A stretch of 64,000 bases of DNA from Candidatus Eiseniibacteriota bacterium (GCA_041946735.1 JBHGAY010000020.1:32001-96000); one strand, 5' to 3'. Numbered from the stretch's first letter, positions 42,611 to 52,276 are shown. Numbers and translations are program-made. Notes: a model not told the origin generated them from the letters alone.

Positions 42611-43440
42611 CCCATCCCTCCCTGACGGCCGCCCGCCCGAAGGCTCCGTCTCGCCCGTTCGAGATCCTCCGGCGTGTCGATCCCGCCCATCGCGCGCTCG
42701 GCTTCGACCGCCTTCACGATGATCCCCGCCTCCAGCGCCCGCAGCTGCTCGAGCCCCTCGGCCTCCTCGAGCGGAGAGGGGGGCAGCGCCGTCAGACGGA
42801 GGAGGAGTTCCCGCGAGTATCCGTAGATTCCGACATGATGTCGTCGCAGACCGGCCGCTCCCGTGCCGATTTCCGTTCCGGTTCGCGTTCCCGTTTCCGT
42901 TCCGGTTCCCGTTTCTGTCCCCGTTCCCGTTCTCGAGCGAAGATACGGGATCGGCGCACGGGAGAAGTAGAGCACCCGACCGTCGGAGGCGACGGCGGCC
43001 TTCACCACGTCGGGACGGTCCAACGCGCCGTCCTCGAGCGGCGCCACAGCCGTCCAGAGAACCCCCGGCTCCCGGGCCAGCGACTCGGCCAGCCGGTCCA
43101 CCAGGCGTGGATCGAGGAACGGCTCGTCCCCTTGCACGTTCACAACGAGATCGCAGTCCGTCGCCGCCTCCGCGATCGCCTCCGCGATCCGGTCGGTCCC
43201 CGAGCGGTGGCGCGGCGAGGTCATGACGGCGACGCCGCCGAACGCGAGCACCTCCCGAAGGATTCGATCGTCGTCGGTGGCGACGAGAAGACGGTCGAGG
43301 AGCCGTGCCTGGGCGGCGCGGTCATGGACGTGATGGAGAACGGTGCGATCGCCGAGGATCGCGAGCGCTTTGCCCGGGAAGCGGGTGGAGCCAAATCGAG
43401 CCGGGATCACCCCCACGATCCGCTGTGAGGAGATCGACAC
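42607..43440 (-). CDS. kdsB: CMP-KDO synthetase
   Basis: [41 protein letters not shown]. Confidence 0.95.
42859..42933. repeat. Hexamer-periodic repeat inside kdsB encoding (T-G/T-E)n
   Basis: Translates as [25 protein letters not shown]. Confidence 0.8.
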
Positions 43441-43462
43441 GATGAGCCTCCGTTCCGATCAG

Positions 43463-43491
43463 CAAAGCGAAGGCGGCCCGAAGGGGCCGCC
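43463..43491 (-). terminator. Intrinsic terminator/attenuator hairpin in the kdsB-pyrG leader
   Basis: Minus strand GGCGGCCC-CUUC-GGGCCGCC followed by UUCGCUUU. Confidence 0.6.
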
Positions 43492-43513
43492 GCCTCTCTC
43501 CGAGCCCCGCCGC

Positions 43514-43542
43514 ACGATAGGGTGCGGGGCTCTCCCTGTCAA
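43514..43542 (-). promoter_or_regulatory. sigma70 promoter of the kdsB-pyrG operon
   Basis: Minus strand TTGACA-N17-TATCGT; predicted start in the GGGGC run at 43508-43504. Confidence 0.75.
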
Positions 43543-43591
43543 CGCTCGCTGCCTACCCGTCCCTGCCTGCCTGCGTGCCCGCCCGTTCCTG

Positions 43592-44515
43592 TTACAGCGC
43601 CAGCTCGCGGATCGACGACGTCACCGCCGCCCCTGACGCGCGCAGCGCCGCAAGCTCCTCGTCGGTCAGGTCCAGCTCGACGATCTGCTCGACCCCTCCC
43701 GCTCCGAGGCGCGCCGGAACGCCGAGATAGAGATCGCGCATCCCGTACTGCCCGTCGAGATATGCCGCGACCGGCAAGATGCGACTCCGGTTCTTCAGGA
43801 TCGCGTCGACCATCTGCGCCGCCGAAGCGCCCGGCGCATAGAAGGCCGATCCCTGCTTCAGCAGAGCGACGATCTCCGCGCCCCCGTCCCGCGTCCTCCG
43901 CACGATCTGCTCCAGGCGGTCGGCCGGAATCAGCTGCGTCACCGGGACTCCACCGACGGTCGCGAAGCGTGTTAGCGGCACCATCGAATCTCCGTGACCG
44001 CCCAGCACCATCGCTTGCACGTCGAGGACCGAGACTCCGAGCTCCATGGCGAGGAACGAGCGGAAGCGGGTCGAGTCGAGGACGCCGGCCATTCCCATGA
44101 CGCGTGCCGCCGGGAAGCCGGTCTTCCGATAGGTGAGATACGCCATCACGTCGAGCGGGTTCGTCACCATGATGACGAATGCCGACGGGGCGAGGTCTCG
44201 GATCCGCTCCGCGATCCCGCCGACGATCTCGGCGTTCTTCTGCTGGAGATCGCTCCGCGACATCCCCGGCTTGCGCGCAAGACCGGCGGTGACGACCACG
44301 ACGTCGGAGTCGCGCATCTCTGTCCAGTCGTTCGTGCCGTGGACCTTGCAGTCGAACCCGCGGACCGGGGTGCCTTCGAACAGGTCGAGCGCCTTGCCCT
44401 GCGGGAGCCCTTCGACGATGTCGACGAGCACCACCTCCGAGATCTCCATCTCCGTCAGGTAGGAGGCGCAGCTCGCGCCGACGTTTCCCGCTCCGACGAC
44501 CGTGACCTTGCTCAT
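43592..44515 (-). CDS. mdh: Malate dehydrogenase (LDH-like)
   Basis: GAGNVG, RKPGMSRSDL, NPLD, LDSTR, LGGHGD. Confidence 0.95.
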   Translation of the reverse strand: MSKVTVVGAGNVGASCASYLTEMEISEVVLVDIVEGLPQGKALDLFEGTPVRGFDCKVHGTNDWTEMRDSDVVVVTAGLARKPGMSRSDLQQKNAEIVGGIAERIRDLAPSAFVIMVTNPLDVMAYLTYRKTGFPAARVMGMAGVLDSTRFRSFLAMELGVSVLDVQAMVLGGHGDSMVPLTRFATVGGVPVTQLIPADRLEQIVRRTRDGGAEIVALLKQGSAFYAPGASAAQMVDAILKNRSRILPVAAYLDGQYGMRDLYLGVPARLGAGGVEQIVELDLTDEELAALRASGAAVTSSIRELAL

Positions 44516-44573
44516 CGGCGATCCCCCCGGGTGCCTCTCGCCCGATCGCGGCCGGTCCTTTCGCCCCGTAGCC

Positions 44574-44897
44574 TCATGCCTCGGTGGCGGGAGCGTTCGC
44601 CTCCCCGCCCTGGGCAGCGTCCACGCCGGCGGGCAACACCACCGGCTCCGCGACGATCCGGACCGTCCGCCGCCCGCTCTTGTGACGCGAGTAGGCGACC
44701 CGGCCCGTCACCCTGGCGTAGAGGGTGTCGTCCTTCCCCTTGCCGACGTTCGGTCCCGGGATGATCCGCGTCCCGCGCTGCCGGACGAGAATCGAGCCAC
44801 CGGTGACGTACTCGCCGCCGTATGCCTTGACGCCCAACCGCTGCGAATTGGAGTCGCGGCCGTTTCGGCTGGAGCCCAGCCCCTTCTTGTGCGCCAT
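44574..44897 (-). CDS. rpmA: 50S ribosomal protein L27
   Basis: [26 protein letters not shown]. Confidence 0.97.
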   Translation of the reverse strand: MAHKKGLGSSRNGRDSNSQRLGVKAYGGEYVTGGSILVRQRGTRIIPGPNVGKGKDDTLYARVTGRVAYSRHKSGRRTVRIVAEPVVLPAGVDAAQGGEANAPATEA

Positions 44898-44921
44898 TTC
44901 TGCTCTACCCCTTCTGCCCCG

Positions 44922-45236
44922 CTAGACGCCCTGGAATGCGCCGATCTCGACCTCGGTCAGATCGTCCCGGTACCCATTGCGCCGCCTGTAGTCCTTGCGC
45001 TTCTTGAACTTTCCGACGATCACCTTCGGCCCTCTCACATGGCCGAGCACCTTCGCCTCGATCCGGGCGCCCTCGAGCAGCGGACTGCCGACGCGGACTC
45101 CCGCATCCCCCTGGAACAGAAGGACACGGTCGATCGAGATGGTGCTGCCCGGCTCCGCCGCGAGATGAGGGACCCGCAGCTTCTCGCCTGGCTGGACGCG
45201 ATACTGGCGTCCCTGGAATTCCACGATTGCGTGCAC
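44922..45236 (-). CDS. rplU: 50S ribosomal protein L21
   Basis: GTG start after [17 protein letters not shown]...[15 protein letters not shown]. Confidence 0.95.
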   Translation of the reverse strand: MHAIVEFQGRQYRVQPGEKLRVPHLAAEPGSTISIDRVLLFQGDAGVRVGSPLLEGARIEAKVLGHVRGPKVIVGKFKKRKDYRRRNGYRDDLTEVEIGAFQGV

Positions 45237-45278
45237 GGAACGACCTCCGGTTCGGGTCTTGGCCAAGTCAAAGGGAAC

Positions 45279-45308
45279 AGGCTAGCGGGCCGCGGGGGGA
45301 GCGGTCAA
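45279..45308 (-). promoter_or_regulatory. Putative sigma70 promoter of rplU-rpmA
   Basis: Minus strand TTGACC-N18-TAGCCT overlapping the rne/rng stop codon. Confidence 0.5.
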
Positions 45309-46837
45309 CCCTCGAATTCCGACGTAACGTCCTTTCTGGAGCGAGGGAAGACGATTCGGATGTCGTCGCGACGCAGGCGCGGATCGTCCCGCAGGTCGAC
45401 CGTGATCCCGAGCTGCTTCTCGAGGGCGGCGATCCGCTCGGCGCGCTCGTCGTAGAGGAACGTCGCAAGTTCCGGGTGGACCCGGAACTGAACGAGCTTC
45501 TCCTTCGAATGGGCCCCGACCCGTCGGATGTAGCGCTCGATCTTCATGGCGAGGGAGGGAAGCGAGAGCACCTTGCCGACCCCCCCGCAGCAGGCGCAGT
45601 CGTCGCTGTAGTAATGAAGGAGGCTTGGCCGCTCCCGCTGGCGGGTCATCTCGACCAGCCCCAGCTCGCTTACCGGATAGACCTTCGTGCGGGCCCGGTC
45701 GGTCCGTAGCGCCTGCCGGAGCGTCTCGTGGACCTGCCGCTTGGAGCTCTCCAGCTCCATGTCGATGAAGTCGATCACGACGATCCCGCCGAGGTCGCGG
45801 AGCCGGAGCTGGCGCGCCACCTCCTTCGCCGCCTCGAGGTTCGTCTTGAGGATCGTGTCCTCCGGCGACTTCTTGCCGGTGAAGCGGCCAGTGTTGACGT
45901 CGATCGCGACCATCGCCTCGGTATGGTCGATGACGATGTAGCCGCCCTTCTTCAACCAGACCTTCCGCTCGAGCGTCTTCGCGATCTCGTTCTCGATTCC
46001 GTACTCGTCGAAGATCGGGCCATCTCCCTTGTAGAGCTTCACGCGGTTCTTCAGATCGGGAGAGAACGATTGGAGATAGGCGAGGATGTCCCGGTACGCC
46101 TCCTCGGAGTCGATGACGACGCGGTCGATGTCTTCGCTGAAGAGGTCCCGGATCAAGCCGGTGGTCATCTCCATCTCCCGATGGATGAGCGCGGGAGCGG
46201 CGGTCGTGGCGGCCGTCTGCTCGATCTCGGTCCACAGATCGAGCAGGTACTTCACGTCTTGTCGGAACTCCTTCTCCCCCTTCCCCTCGGCGACGGTCCG
46301 GCAGATCAGCCCCGCGTTCTTCGGCTTCAGCTCGGCCAGGATCTTGCGGAGGCGATGGCGCTCCTCGCGGTCTCCGATCTTGCGGGAGACGCCGATGTGG
46401 TCGAGGCCGGGCATGAGGACGAGGAAGCGCCCGGGCAGGCTGATCCGGCCGCTGACCTTCGGCCCCTTCGTCCCGATCGGCTCCTTGATGATCTGCACGA
46501 GGATCTCCTGCCCCTTCTGCAGGTAGTCCTCGATCTTGCCGTCCTCTCGAGCGCGGGGGGGTGGATGCGCCTGTTCCTCGTCGATGTCGAAGACGTCGAA
46601 GTCGAGCATCGCTTCGAGCATGTCGGACATGTGGAGGAACGCGCTTTTCGGGAGTCCGATCTCCAGGAAGGCGGCCTGGATCCCGGGCAGGACGGCGCTG
46701 ACCCGCCCCTTGTAGATGTCGCCGACGAGCCTCCGCTCCCCTGGCCGCTCGTTCAGGAGCTCCACCAGGTCGGCGTCTTCGAGGACGGCGATGCGGGTTT
46801 CGTTCGGATCCGCGTTGATGACGATTTCTCGGAACAT
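45305..46837 (-). CDS. Ribonuclease E/G family
   Basis: GDIYKGRV..VLPGIQAAF, KEPIGTKG, IDVNTG, GGIVVIDFIDM, zinc-link CACCGG.G; short RNase G-like length. Confidence 0.93.
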   Translation of the reverse strand: MFREIVINADPNETRIAVLEDADLVELLNERPGERRLVGDIYKGRVSAVLPGIQAAFLEIGLPKSAFLHMSDMLEAMLDFDVFDIDEEQAHPPPRAREDGKIEDYLQKGQEILVQIIKEPIGTKGPKVSGRISLPGRFLVLMPGLDHIGVSRKIGDREERHRLRKILAELKPKNAGLICRTVAEGKGEKEFRQDVKYLLDLWTEIEQTAATTAAPALIHREMEMTTGLIRDLFSEDIDRVVIDSEEAYRDILAYLQSFSPDLKNRVKLYKGDGPIFDEYGIENEIAKTLERKVWLKKGGYIVIDHTEAMVAIDVNTGRFTGKKSPEDTILKTNLEAAKEVARQLRLRDLGGIVVIDFIDMELESSKRQVHETLRQALRTDRARTKVYPVSELGLVEMTRQRERPSLLHYYSDDCACCGGVGKVLSLPSLAMKIERYIRRVGAHSKEKLVQFRVHPELATFLYDERAERIAALEKQLGITVDLRDDPRLRRDDIRIVFPRSRKDVTSEFEG

Positions 46838-46871
46838 GCCTCCCCTAGAGTCCCCATCCTCCCGGAGCCGT

Positions 46872-46900
46872 AAGCTAACACACGGTTTGTTCCGCCTCAA
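46872..46900 (-). promoter_or_regulatory. Putative sigma70 promoter of rne/rng
   Basis: Minus strand TTGAGG-N17-TAGCTT with extended TG. Confidence 0.5.
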
Positions 46901-47640
46901 TCCGGAAGGCGGCGGAGCGTGCGCGCGGCGACGAGAATCCGGAAGGGGCCCGGCCACCCGGCGTCGGCCAGGGCGCGCAGGCATTCGGAGGCGGTAGCCC
47001 CCGTCGTCCATACGTCATCGACCAGTACGAACAGCGCCGGCGCCGGCGCCGGCGAAGAAGGGGGACGAGCGGCTCGGAAGGCTCCGTGGACGGCGGCTCG
47101 GCGGGCGGGAATCTCGAGGCGGGTCTGGGAGGAGGAGGCGCGGAGCCGGACCAGCAGGTCCGTCGCCACCGCAGAACCCGTCCACCTCGCCACCTCGCGC
47201 GCCAACCTCTCCGACTGGTTGAACCCTCGTTCGCGTCTTCGGGTCCTGTGGAGCGGGACCGGCACGAGAACGGCGGGCTCGGCGCCGGCCGCGGCGATGC
47301 CCGCGGCAACGCCTGGCAGAGCGCCCGCTGCGCCGGCCGTCGACCGCATCCATGCGTCGGCCATCCAGGCGGCGAGCAGGCGGGCGGCCCCCCGATCGCC
47401 CTGGTACTTGGTCCGGTGGATCAGCTCCCGCACGGGGCCGGCGAACGGGAACGGCGCCACGAGGCGGGGCTCGTCGGGGTCGGCCCCTGTGGCGCGGAGG
47501 AGGGACTCCCTTCGAAGCCAGTCGTCGCAGGACCGACAGGGCAGCGGCGCCCGCTCGACGGGGCGCCCGCAGGCGGGGCAGGCGGGTGGCAGCAGCAGGG
47601 AGACGATTCCCCGGCCGATCGAGAGAAGCGGAGGCGGCAT
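46897..47640 (-). CDS. comF: ComF family phosphoribosyltransferase-like protein
   Basis: CxxC...CxxC, VPVPLH, RGFNQS, VDDVWTTGAT; alternative TTG start at 47673. Confidence 0.88.
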   Translation of the reverse strand: MPPPLLSIGRGIVSLLLPPACPACGRPVERAPLPCRSCDDWLRRESLLRATGADPDEPRLVAPFPFAGPVRELIHRTKYQGDRGAARLLAAWMADAWMRSTAGAAGALPGVAAGIAAAGAEPAVLVPVPLHRTRRRERGFNQSERLAREVARWTGSAVATDLLVRLRASSSQTRLEIPARRAAVHGAFRAARPPSSPAPAPALFVLVDDVWTTGATASECLRALADAGWPGPFRILVAARTLRRLPD

Positions 47641-47712
47641 GGCGCCCGCGCGCCGCAGCCGGATTCGGGCCAAGAGGCGTTCTCCGGCCCTGGCCCGGCT
47701 GCTCCCCAGCGG

Positions 47713-48576
47713 CTAGAGCGAGTCTTCCGGAAGAGCCTCTTCGAGGAGAGAGACGGGAACCGGCCGGTCGAGCCACAGCGAGAGCGAGAGAGCGGCCTGA
47801 TGGCAGAGCAGGCCTCGCCCGTCGAAAACCGTGAGACCGCGATCGCGCGCCTGCGCGGCAAGCGGCGTGCGCCCCGGGCCGTAGTTGGTGTCGACGACGA
47901 TGCTGGCCGGGTCGACTCCCGAAAGCCAGGTTGCCACCTCGCGCGAGCGGCCGGCGTCGACCGGCAGACACCCGACGGCGAGGATCGGCCGCTTGGGGAG
48001 CGGATCGATCCAGCCGACGCATCGCACCGGAGTGCCCGACCATCCCTTGTCGTACCAGGCGAGCAGCACCGATTCGGCCTCGGCCGGGTCGCGAGAGACG
48101 ATCGTCAGCGGGAACTCCAGCCCGAGCTGATAGGCAAGGCTCGTTCCGAGCGAGCCGAAGCCGAGCAGGAAGATCCCCCCGCCTCCGGGCTCTATGCCCC
48201 GAGCTTTCATCCAGGAGCGGAAGCCGCGGCCGTCGGTGCAGTGACCGATCGGCTGGTCGCGAAAGGTGACGGTGTTGACGATCCCGGTCATCAGGACCTC
48301 CGGATCGCCGGCTCGCACCAGCCGGCCTACCGCCGGCTTGTGGGGCGTCGTCACGTTCCACCCCGCGCCTCCGACGCGTGGGAAGACATCGAGGAGGTTG
48401 GCCAGATCCTCCTCTCTCGCGTCGAGCGCGACATAGACGTAGTTCTGATCGAGCGCGGCGAGCGCGTGATTGTGCAGGCGCGGCGAGAGGCTGTGTGCGA
48501 CCGGGGATCCGACGAGCGCGAGGAGCCGGGTGCGCCCGTCGATCCGCGCGCGCTCGTTTTCCGCGGCCGGGCTCAT
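47713..48576 (-). CDS. aroE: Shikimate dehydrogenase family (divergent)
   Basis: GSPVAHSLSP, NVTTPHK, VNT, TDG; atypical nucleotide-binding motif. Confidence 0.75.
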   Translation of the reverse strand: MSPAAENERARIDGRTRLLALVGSPVAHSLSPRLHNHALAALDQNYVYVALDAREEDLANLLDVFPRVGGAGWNVTTPHKPAVGRLVRAGDPEVLMTGIVNTVTFRDQPIGHCTDGRGFRSWMKARGIEPGGGGIFLLGFGSLGTSLAYQLGLEFPLTIVSRDPAEAESVLLAWYDKGWSGTPVRCVGWIDPLPKRPILAVGCLPVDAGRSREVATWLSGVDPASIVVDTNYGPGRTPLAAQARDRGLTVFDGRGLLCHQAALSLSLWLDRPVPVSLLEEALPEDSL

Positions 48577-49391
48577 CTCCCCGCCTCGCGAGCGGGCCGC
48601 GCGAGGTCGGTCGCCCGGTGTCCCGCCCGCAATCGCTGCACGACCAGGACCGCACCGGCCAGGGCGAGGAAGAGCGCGATCGCCTGGCTCTTCGTCCCGA
48701 TCACCGGAGCGAGGGCCGGCAGTCGATCGACGTCCTCGTAGTATCGGGTGAAATCGACCAGGTAGCGGACGATTCCCTGGCCCACCAGGTAGATCCCGAA
48801 CAGGACTCCCACCGTCAGGACCCGCCGGTCGAGGCGCCAGAGCATCAGGAAGACGACCAGCATCGCGACGGAGAGGAACAACTGCGACGGATAGACGGGA
48901 ACGTTGCCGAGCGTCATCGCCGCGTAGGAATGAGGCGGATAATGGACGGCGAGCGGGCTCGCGCACGCCGCGCCGAAGCAGCATCCGTTCAGGAAGCATC
49001 CGATCCGCGTGATCGCCTCGCCGAGCGCGAGCGCCGGCGCGGTGGCGTCGGCGACGAGCAGGAAGGGCAGCCGGTGCTTCTTCAGATACAGGAAGCTCGC
49101 GACGATCGCCGCAATCAATCCTCCGTAGAGCGTCAGGCCGCCCTCCCAGATCCGGAAGAACTCGAGCGGATCGGCGTAGGAGTCGGGATGGCCGAGGACG
49201 AATGCGAGCCGCGCGCCGAGGAGCGAGGAGATCAGAATCCAGCCGATCAGGGAGAGGATCGGGTCGGCGGGGATTCCGCGCCGCCCGGCGGAACGAACGG
49301 CCCACCAGGTTCCGACGAGGAAGGCGATCGCCAGCATCACGCCGTACGCGCGGATCTGAAACGGTCCGAGATGGACCAGAGTCGGGATCAA
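48573..49391 (-). CDS. lgt: Prolipoprotein diacylglyceryl transferase
   Basis: TTG start after GGAGGAG; YGVM, GARL, GGLTLYGG, RIGCFLNGCCFG, PSQL. Confidence 0.92.
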   Translation of the reverse strand: MIPTLVHLGPFQIRAYGVMLAIAFLVGTWWAVRSAGRRGIPADPILSLIGWILISSLLGARLAFVLGHPDSYADPLEFFRIWEGGLTLYGGLIAAIVASFLYLKKHRLPFLLVADATAPALALGEAITRIGCFLNGCCFGAACASPLAVHYPPHSYAAMTLGNVPVYPSQLFLSVAMLVVFLMLWRLDRRVLTVGVLFGIYLVGQGIVRYLVDFTRYYEDVDRLPALAPVIGTKSQAIALFLALAGAVLVVQRLRAGHRATDLARPAREAGR

Positions 49392-49699
49392 GACGCTCCT
49401 CCCTTGGCCAATCGCGCTTCGCGGCCCTCTCCCCCGCCGGCGGCGCGAGATCCTGCCTCGACTCGATACGACGGCAAGACGGCGGAATCCCGGTTGAACC
49501 TTGGCGGAATCCTCGCGGATCCCGGCGCCCACGCGCCCCGCCGACGCAGAGAACCATCCTGGGGGAGGACGCCCGGGGAGGCAAGGGGCCGATTGTGACG
49601 GTTCGTTCGCTCCGTGTGATCAGGTACAATCAAGGGGCAGCGATCGTTCCACGTGTTGGGCCCCGACATCATCTGCCGCGCATCAGGAGGAGATCTCAG

Positions 49700-52276
49700 A
49701 TGCCACGATCCCGGTTCCCGGGAGTGACCGCCGCCATGGCGGCCCTCGTTCTGCTCACCGTCTCCGTGCTCTCGACGCCGCCCGCGCAGGCGGTCCCCTT
49801 CCGCCCGGACGTTCTCCAGCAGGTCCGGGACTCGGGAGCGCTCCCTTCGATGGTCGCGGGCATCGAGCAGGCCCGCCTCCAAGGCCTCGACCGGCCGCCG
49901 GCCAGCGCCCGCGGCTGGCTGCGGCCGGTCGAGGGAGGCCGCGCGATCCCCGATCGCAACGCGATCGTGATCCTCGTCGACTTCTCCGACAAGCCGGCGA
50001 ACCAGCAGCTTTACCCTTCCTCCCACTACACCGACATGCTCTTCTCCGTCTCGACCTATCCCAGCGGAAGCATGCGCGACTGGTACCTCGAGAACTCCTA
50101 CGGAGTGTTCAACGTCACCGGGGAGGTGACGATCTGGCTGCGGATGCCGCAGCCCTACACTTACTACGTCGACGGCCAGGCCGGCTTCGGCGCCTACCCG
50201 CACAACGCGCAGAAGCTCGCCGAGGATGCGGTCGTCGCCGCCAATCCGTACGTCGACTTCAGCCAATTCGACAACGACGGTCCGGACGGCATCCCGGACT
50301 CCGGGGACGACGATGGCTTCGTCGATGCCCTGTTCGTCGTGCATGCCGGTCCCGGCCGCGAGGAGACCGGCTCGGACAACGACATCCACTCGCACGCCTG
50401 GCAGATGAACATTCCCCAGTCGGTCGACGGCGTCACAGCGAGCAGCTACTGCATGGAGCCGGACAACGGCAAGCGCGGCGTCTTCGGCCACGAGTTCGGT
50501 CACATCCTCGGCCTTCCGGACCTCTACGACCCCGACTACTCCTCTTCGGGCGTCGGCGACTGGTGCATGATGTCGTTCGGCTCCTGGGGCAACGGCGGGC
50601 TCACCCCGGTTCACTTCCTCTCCTGGTGCAAGGCGCAGCTCGGGTTCCTCGAACCGACCGTGCCCTTGACGAACGTCGTGGGAGCCTCGATCCCCAAGGT
50701 CGAGACGAACCCGACGTCCTTCAACCTGTGGACCGGCGGCTATCCCGAGCAGCAGTACTTCACGGTGGAGAACCGGCAGCGGACCGGCTCCGACGCCTAT
50801 CTTCCCGGGGACGGGCTGATCATCTGCCACATCGACGAGGGCGCGCCCGCCGGGAATAGCGACGAGGACCATCCGCTGGTCGCGGTCGAGCAGGCGGACG
50901 GCTTGAACGAGCTGCACGATGGCGGCGGATCCGACAACGGAGATCCTTGGCCCGGCAGCACGAACCATCGCGACTTCACCGACACGTCGAACCCGAATAC
51001 GCGGGACTACGACGGGCATTCGACCCAGGTGGCGGTCAAGAGCATCTCGAACTCCGGCGCCGCCATGACGGCGAACCTCGAGGTCGAGAACGCGCCGATC
51101 TTCCTCTTCGAGGACTTCGCGATCGACGAGGTGACCGGCAACGGCGACGGCGACATCGATCCCGGCGAGCAGTGGGACATGCCAGTGACGCTGTATAACC
51201 GCGGCCTCGGCGCCAACAACGTCACCGGCGACCTGAGCACCTCCGAGGTTCGCGTGTCGATCCAGAACGGCAACACGAGCTTCGGCACCGTGGCGGCGGA
51301 GTCCGAGGCGACCGGAGCGCCCCCGTTCCGCGCGACTCTCCAAGCGGGCGCCCAGCTCGACGGGATCCCCTTCACGCTCGGAATCCATTACGGTCTCGGG
51401 CAGCTCGTGCAGGTGCCGTTCCTGGTCGGGGTGAACGATCCGCTCGAAATGTATCGCTGGACGCACGAGAACGTCTCGATCGGATACGGCGATCAGTGGC
51501 ACCTCTCCGGCCAGCGCAACCACACGCCGGGCGGCGCCTACGCCTGGAAATGCGGCGACACGGGCAACGATGTCTACGCCAATCTTCTCGACGCGGCGCT
51601 CGTCACGCGCCCGCTGCCGCTCGCCACGGTCGACGCGGTGCGCTTCTGGCACTGGATCGATGCAGAGGACGACGCGAACTTCACCGCTTGGGACGGCGGG
51701 ATCGTCGAGGCGTCGATCGACGGCGGCGCGTGGTTCCAGATCACGCCGGACGGGGGCTACCCGTACACGATCATCGCGAATCCGGCCAGTCCCTTCCCGG
51801 GCGACACGCCCTGCTACAGCGGGAGTCACGACTGGAGCGAGGCGCGGTTCGACCTTACGGGGCTGAACGGCAACTCCGTCCGCCTCCGCTTCCGCTTCGG
51901 CAGCGACGGTTACGTGACGTATGAGGGATGGTACATCGACGACGTCGTGATCGAGGGCTCGATCGCCGGCGCGGAGGACGTGCTCGCTTCGGGGGCCGCG
52001 CTGCAGCTCTCTCCCGCGCGACCGAACCCGGCGTCGGGACCGCTCACCCTGTCGTTCGTGCAACCCGCCGGTGTGAGCGCGCACGCCGCGCTCGTCGATG
52101 CGACGGGCCGGCGTCTCGCGACATGGGACTTCCCGGCCTCCGCGGCGACGGCGACGCAGCGCATCGCCTGGGACGGCCGTCTGGCGAACGGCGAGCGCGC
52201 GGCGAGCGGTGTCTACTTCTTCCGTCTCGAGGCGGGCAGCGCGAGGAGCTCGCAGCGGGTGCTCTGGATCCGATGA
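49700..52276 (+). CDS. M6 family (immune inhibitor A-like) zinc metalloprotease with Ig-like, jelly-roll and T9SS/FlgD-like C-terminal domains
   Basis: AGGAGG RBS; signal peptide; HEFGHILGLPDLY, WCMMSFGSW, ENRQ; C-terminal PNP...WDGR...ASGVYFFRL. Confidence 0.92.
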   Translation: MPRSRFPGVTAAMAALVLLTVSVLSTPPAQAVPFRPDVLQQVRDSGALPSMVAGIEQARLQGLDRPPASARGWLRPVEGGRAIPDRNAIVILVDFSDKPANQQLYPSSHYTDMLFSVSTYPSGSMRDWYLENSYGVFNVTGEVTIWLRMPQPYTYYVDGQAGFGAYPHNAQKLAEDAVVAANPYVDFSQFDNDGPDGIPDSGDDDGFVDALFVVHAGPGREETGSDNDIHSHAWQMNIPQSVDGVTASSYCMEPDNGKRGVFGHEFGHILGLPDLYDPDYSSSGVGDWCMMSFGSWGNGGLTPVHFLSWCKAQLGFLEPTVPLTNVVGASIPKVETNPTSFNLWTGGYPEQQYFTVENRQRTGSDAYLPGDGLIICHIDEGAPAGNSDEDHPLVAVEQADGLNELHDGGGSDNGDPWPGSTNHRDFTDTSNPNTRDYDGHSTQVAVKSISNSGAAMTANLEVENAPIFLFEDFAIDEVTGNGDGDIDPGEQWDMPVTLYNRGLGANNVTGDLSTSEVRVSIQNGNTSFGTVAAESEATGAPPFRATLQAGAQLDGIPFTLGIHYGLGQLVQVPFLVGVNDPLEMYRWTHENVSIGYGDQWHLSGQRNHTPGGAYAWKCGDTGNDVYANLLDAALVTRPLPLATVDAVRFWHWIDAEDDANFTAWDGGIVEASIDGGAWFQITPDGGYPYTIIANPASPFPGDTPCYSGSHDWSEARFDLTGLNGNSVRLRFRFGSDGYVTYEGWYIDDVVIEGSIAGAEDVLASGAALQLSPARPNPASGPLTLSFVQPAGVSAHAALVDATGRRLATWDFPASAATATQRIAWDGRLANGERAASGVYFFRLEAGSARSSQRVLWIR

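Noticed and set aside
49600..49635. Promoter for the M6 protease (TACAAT at 49625)
   Set aside because: A good -10 but no convincing -35 or extended TG at the correct spacing, so it is not listed as a feature.
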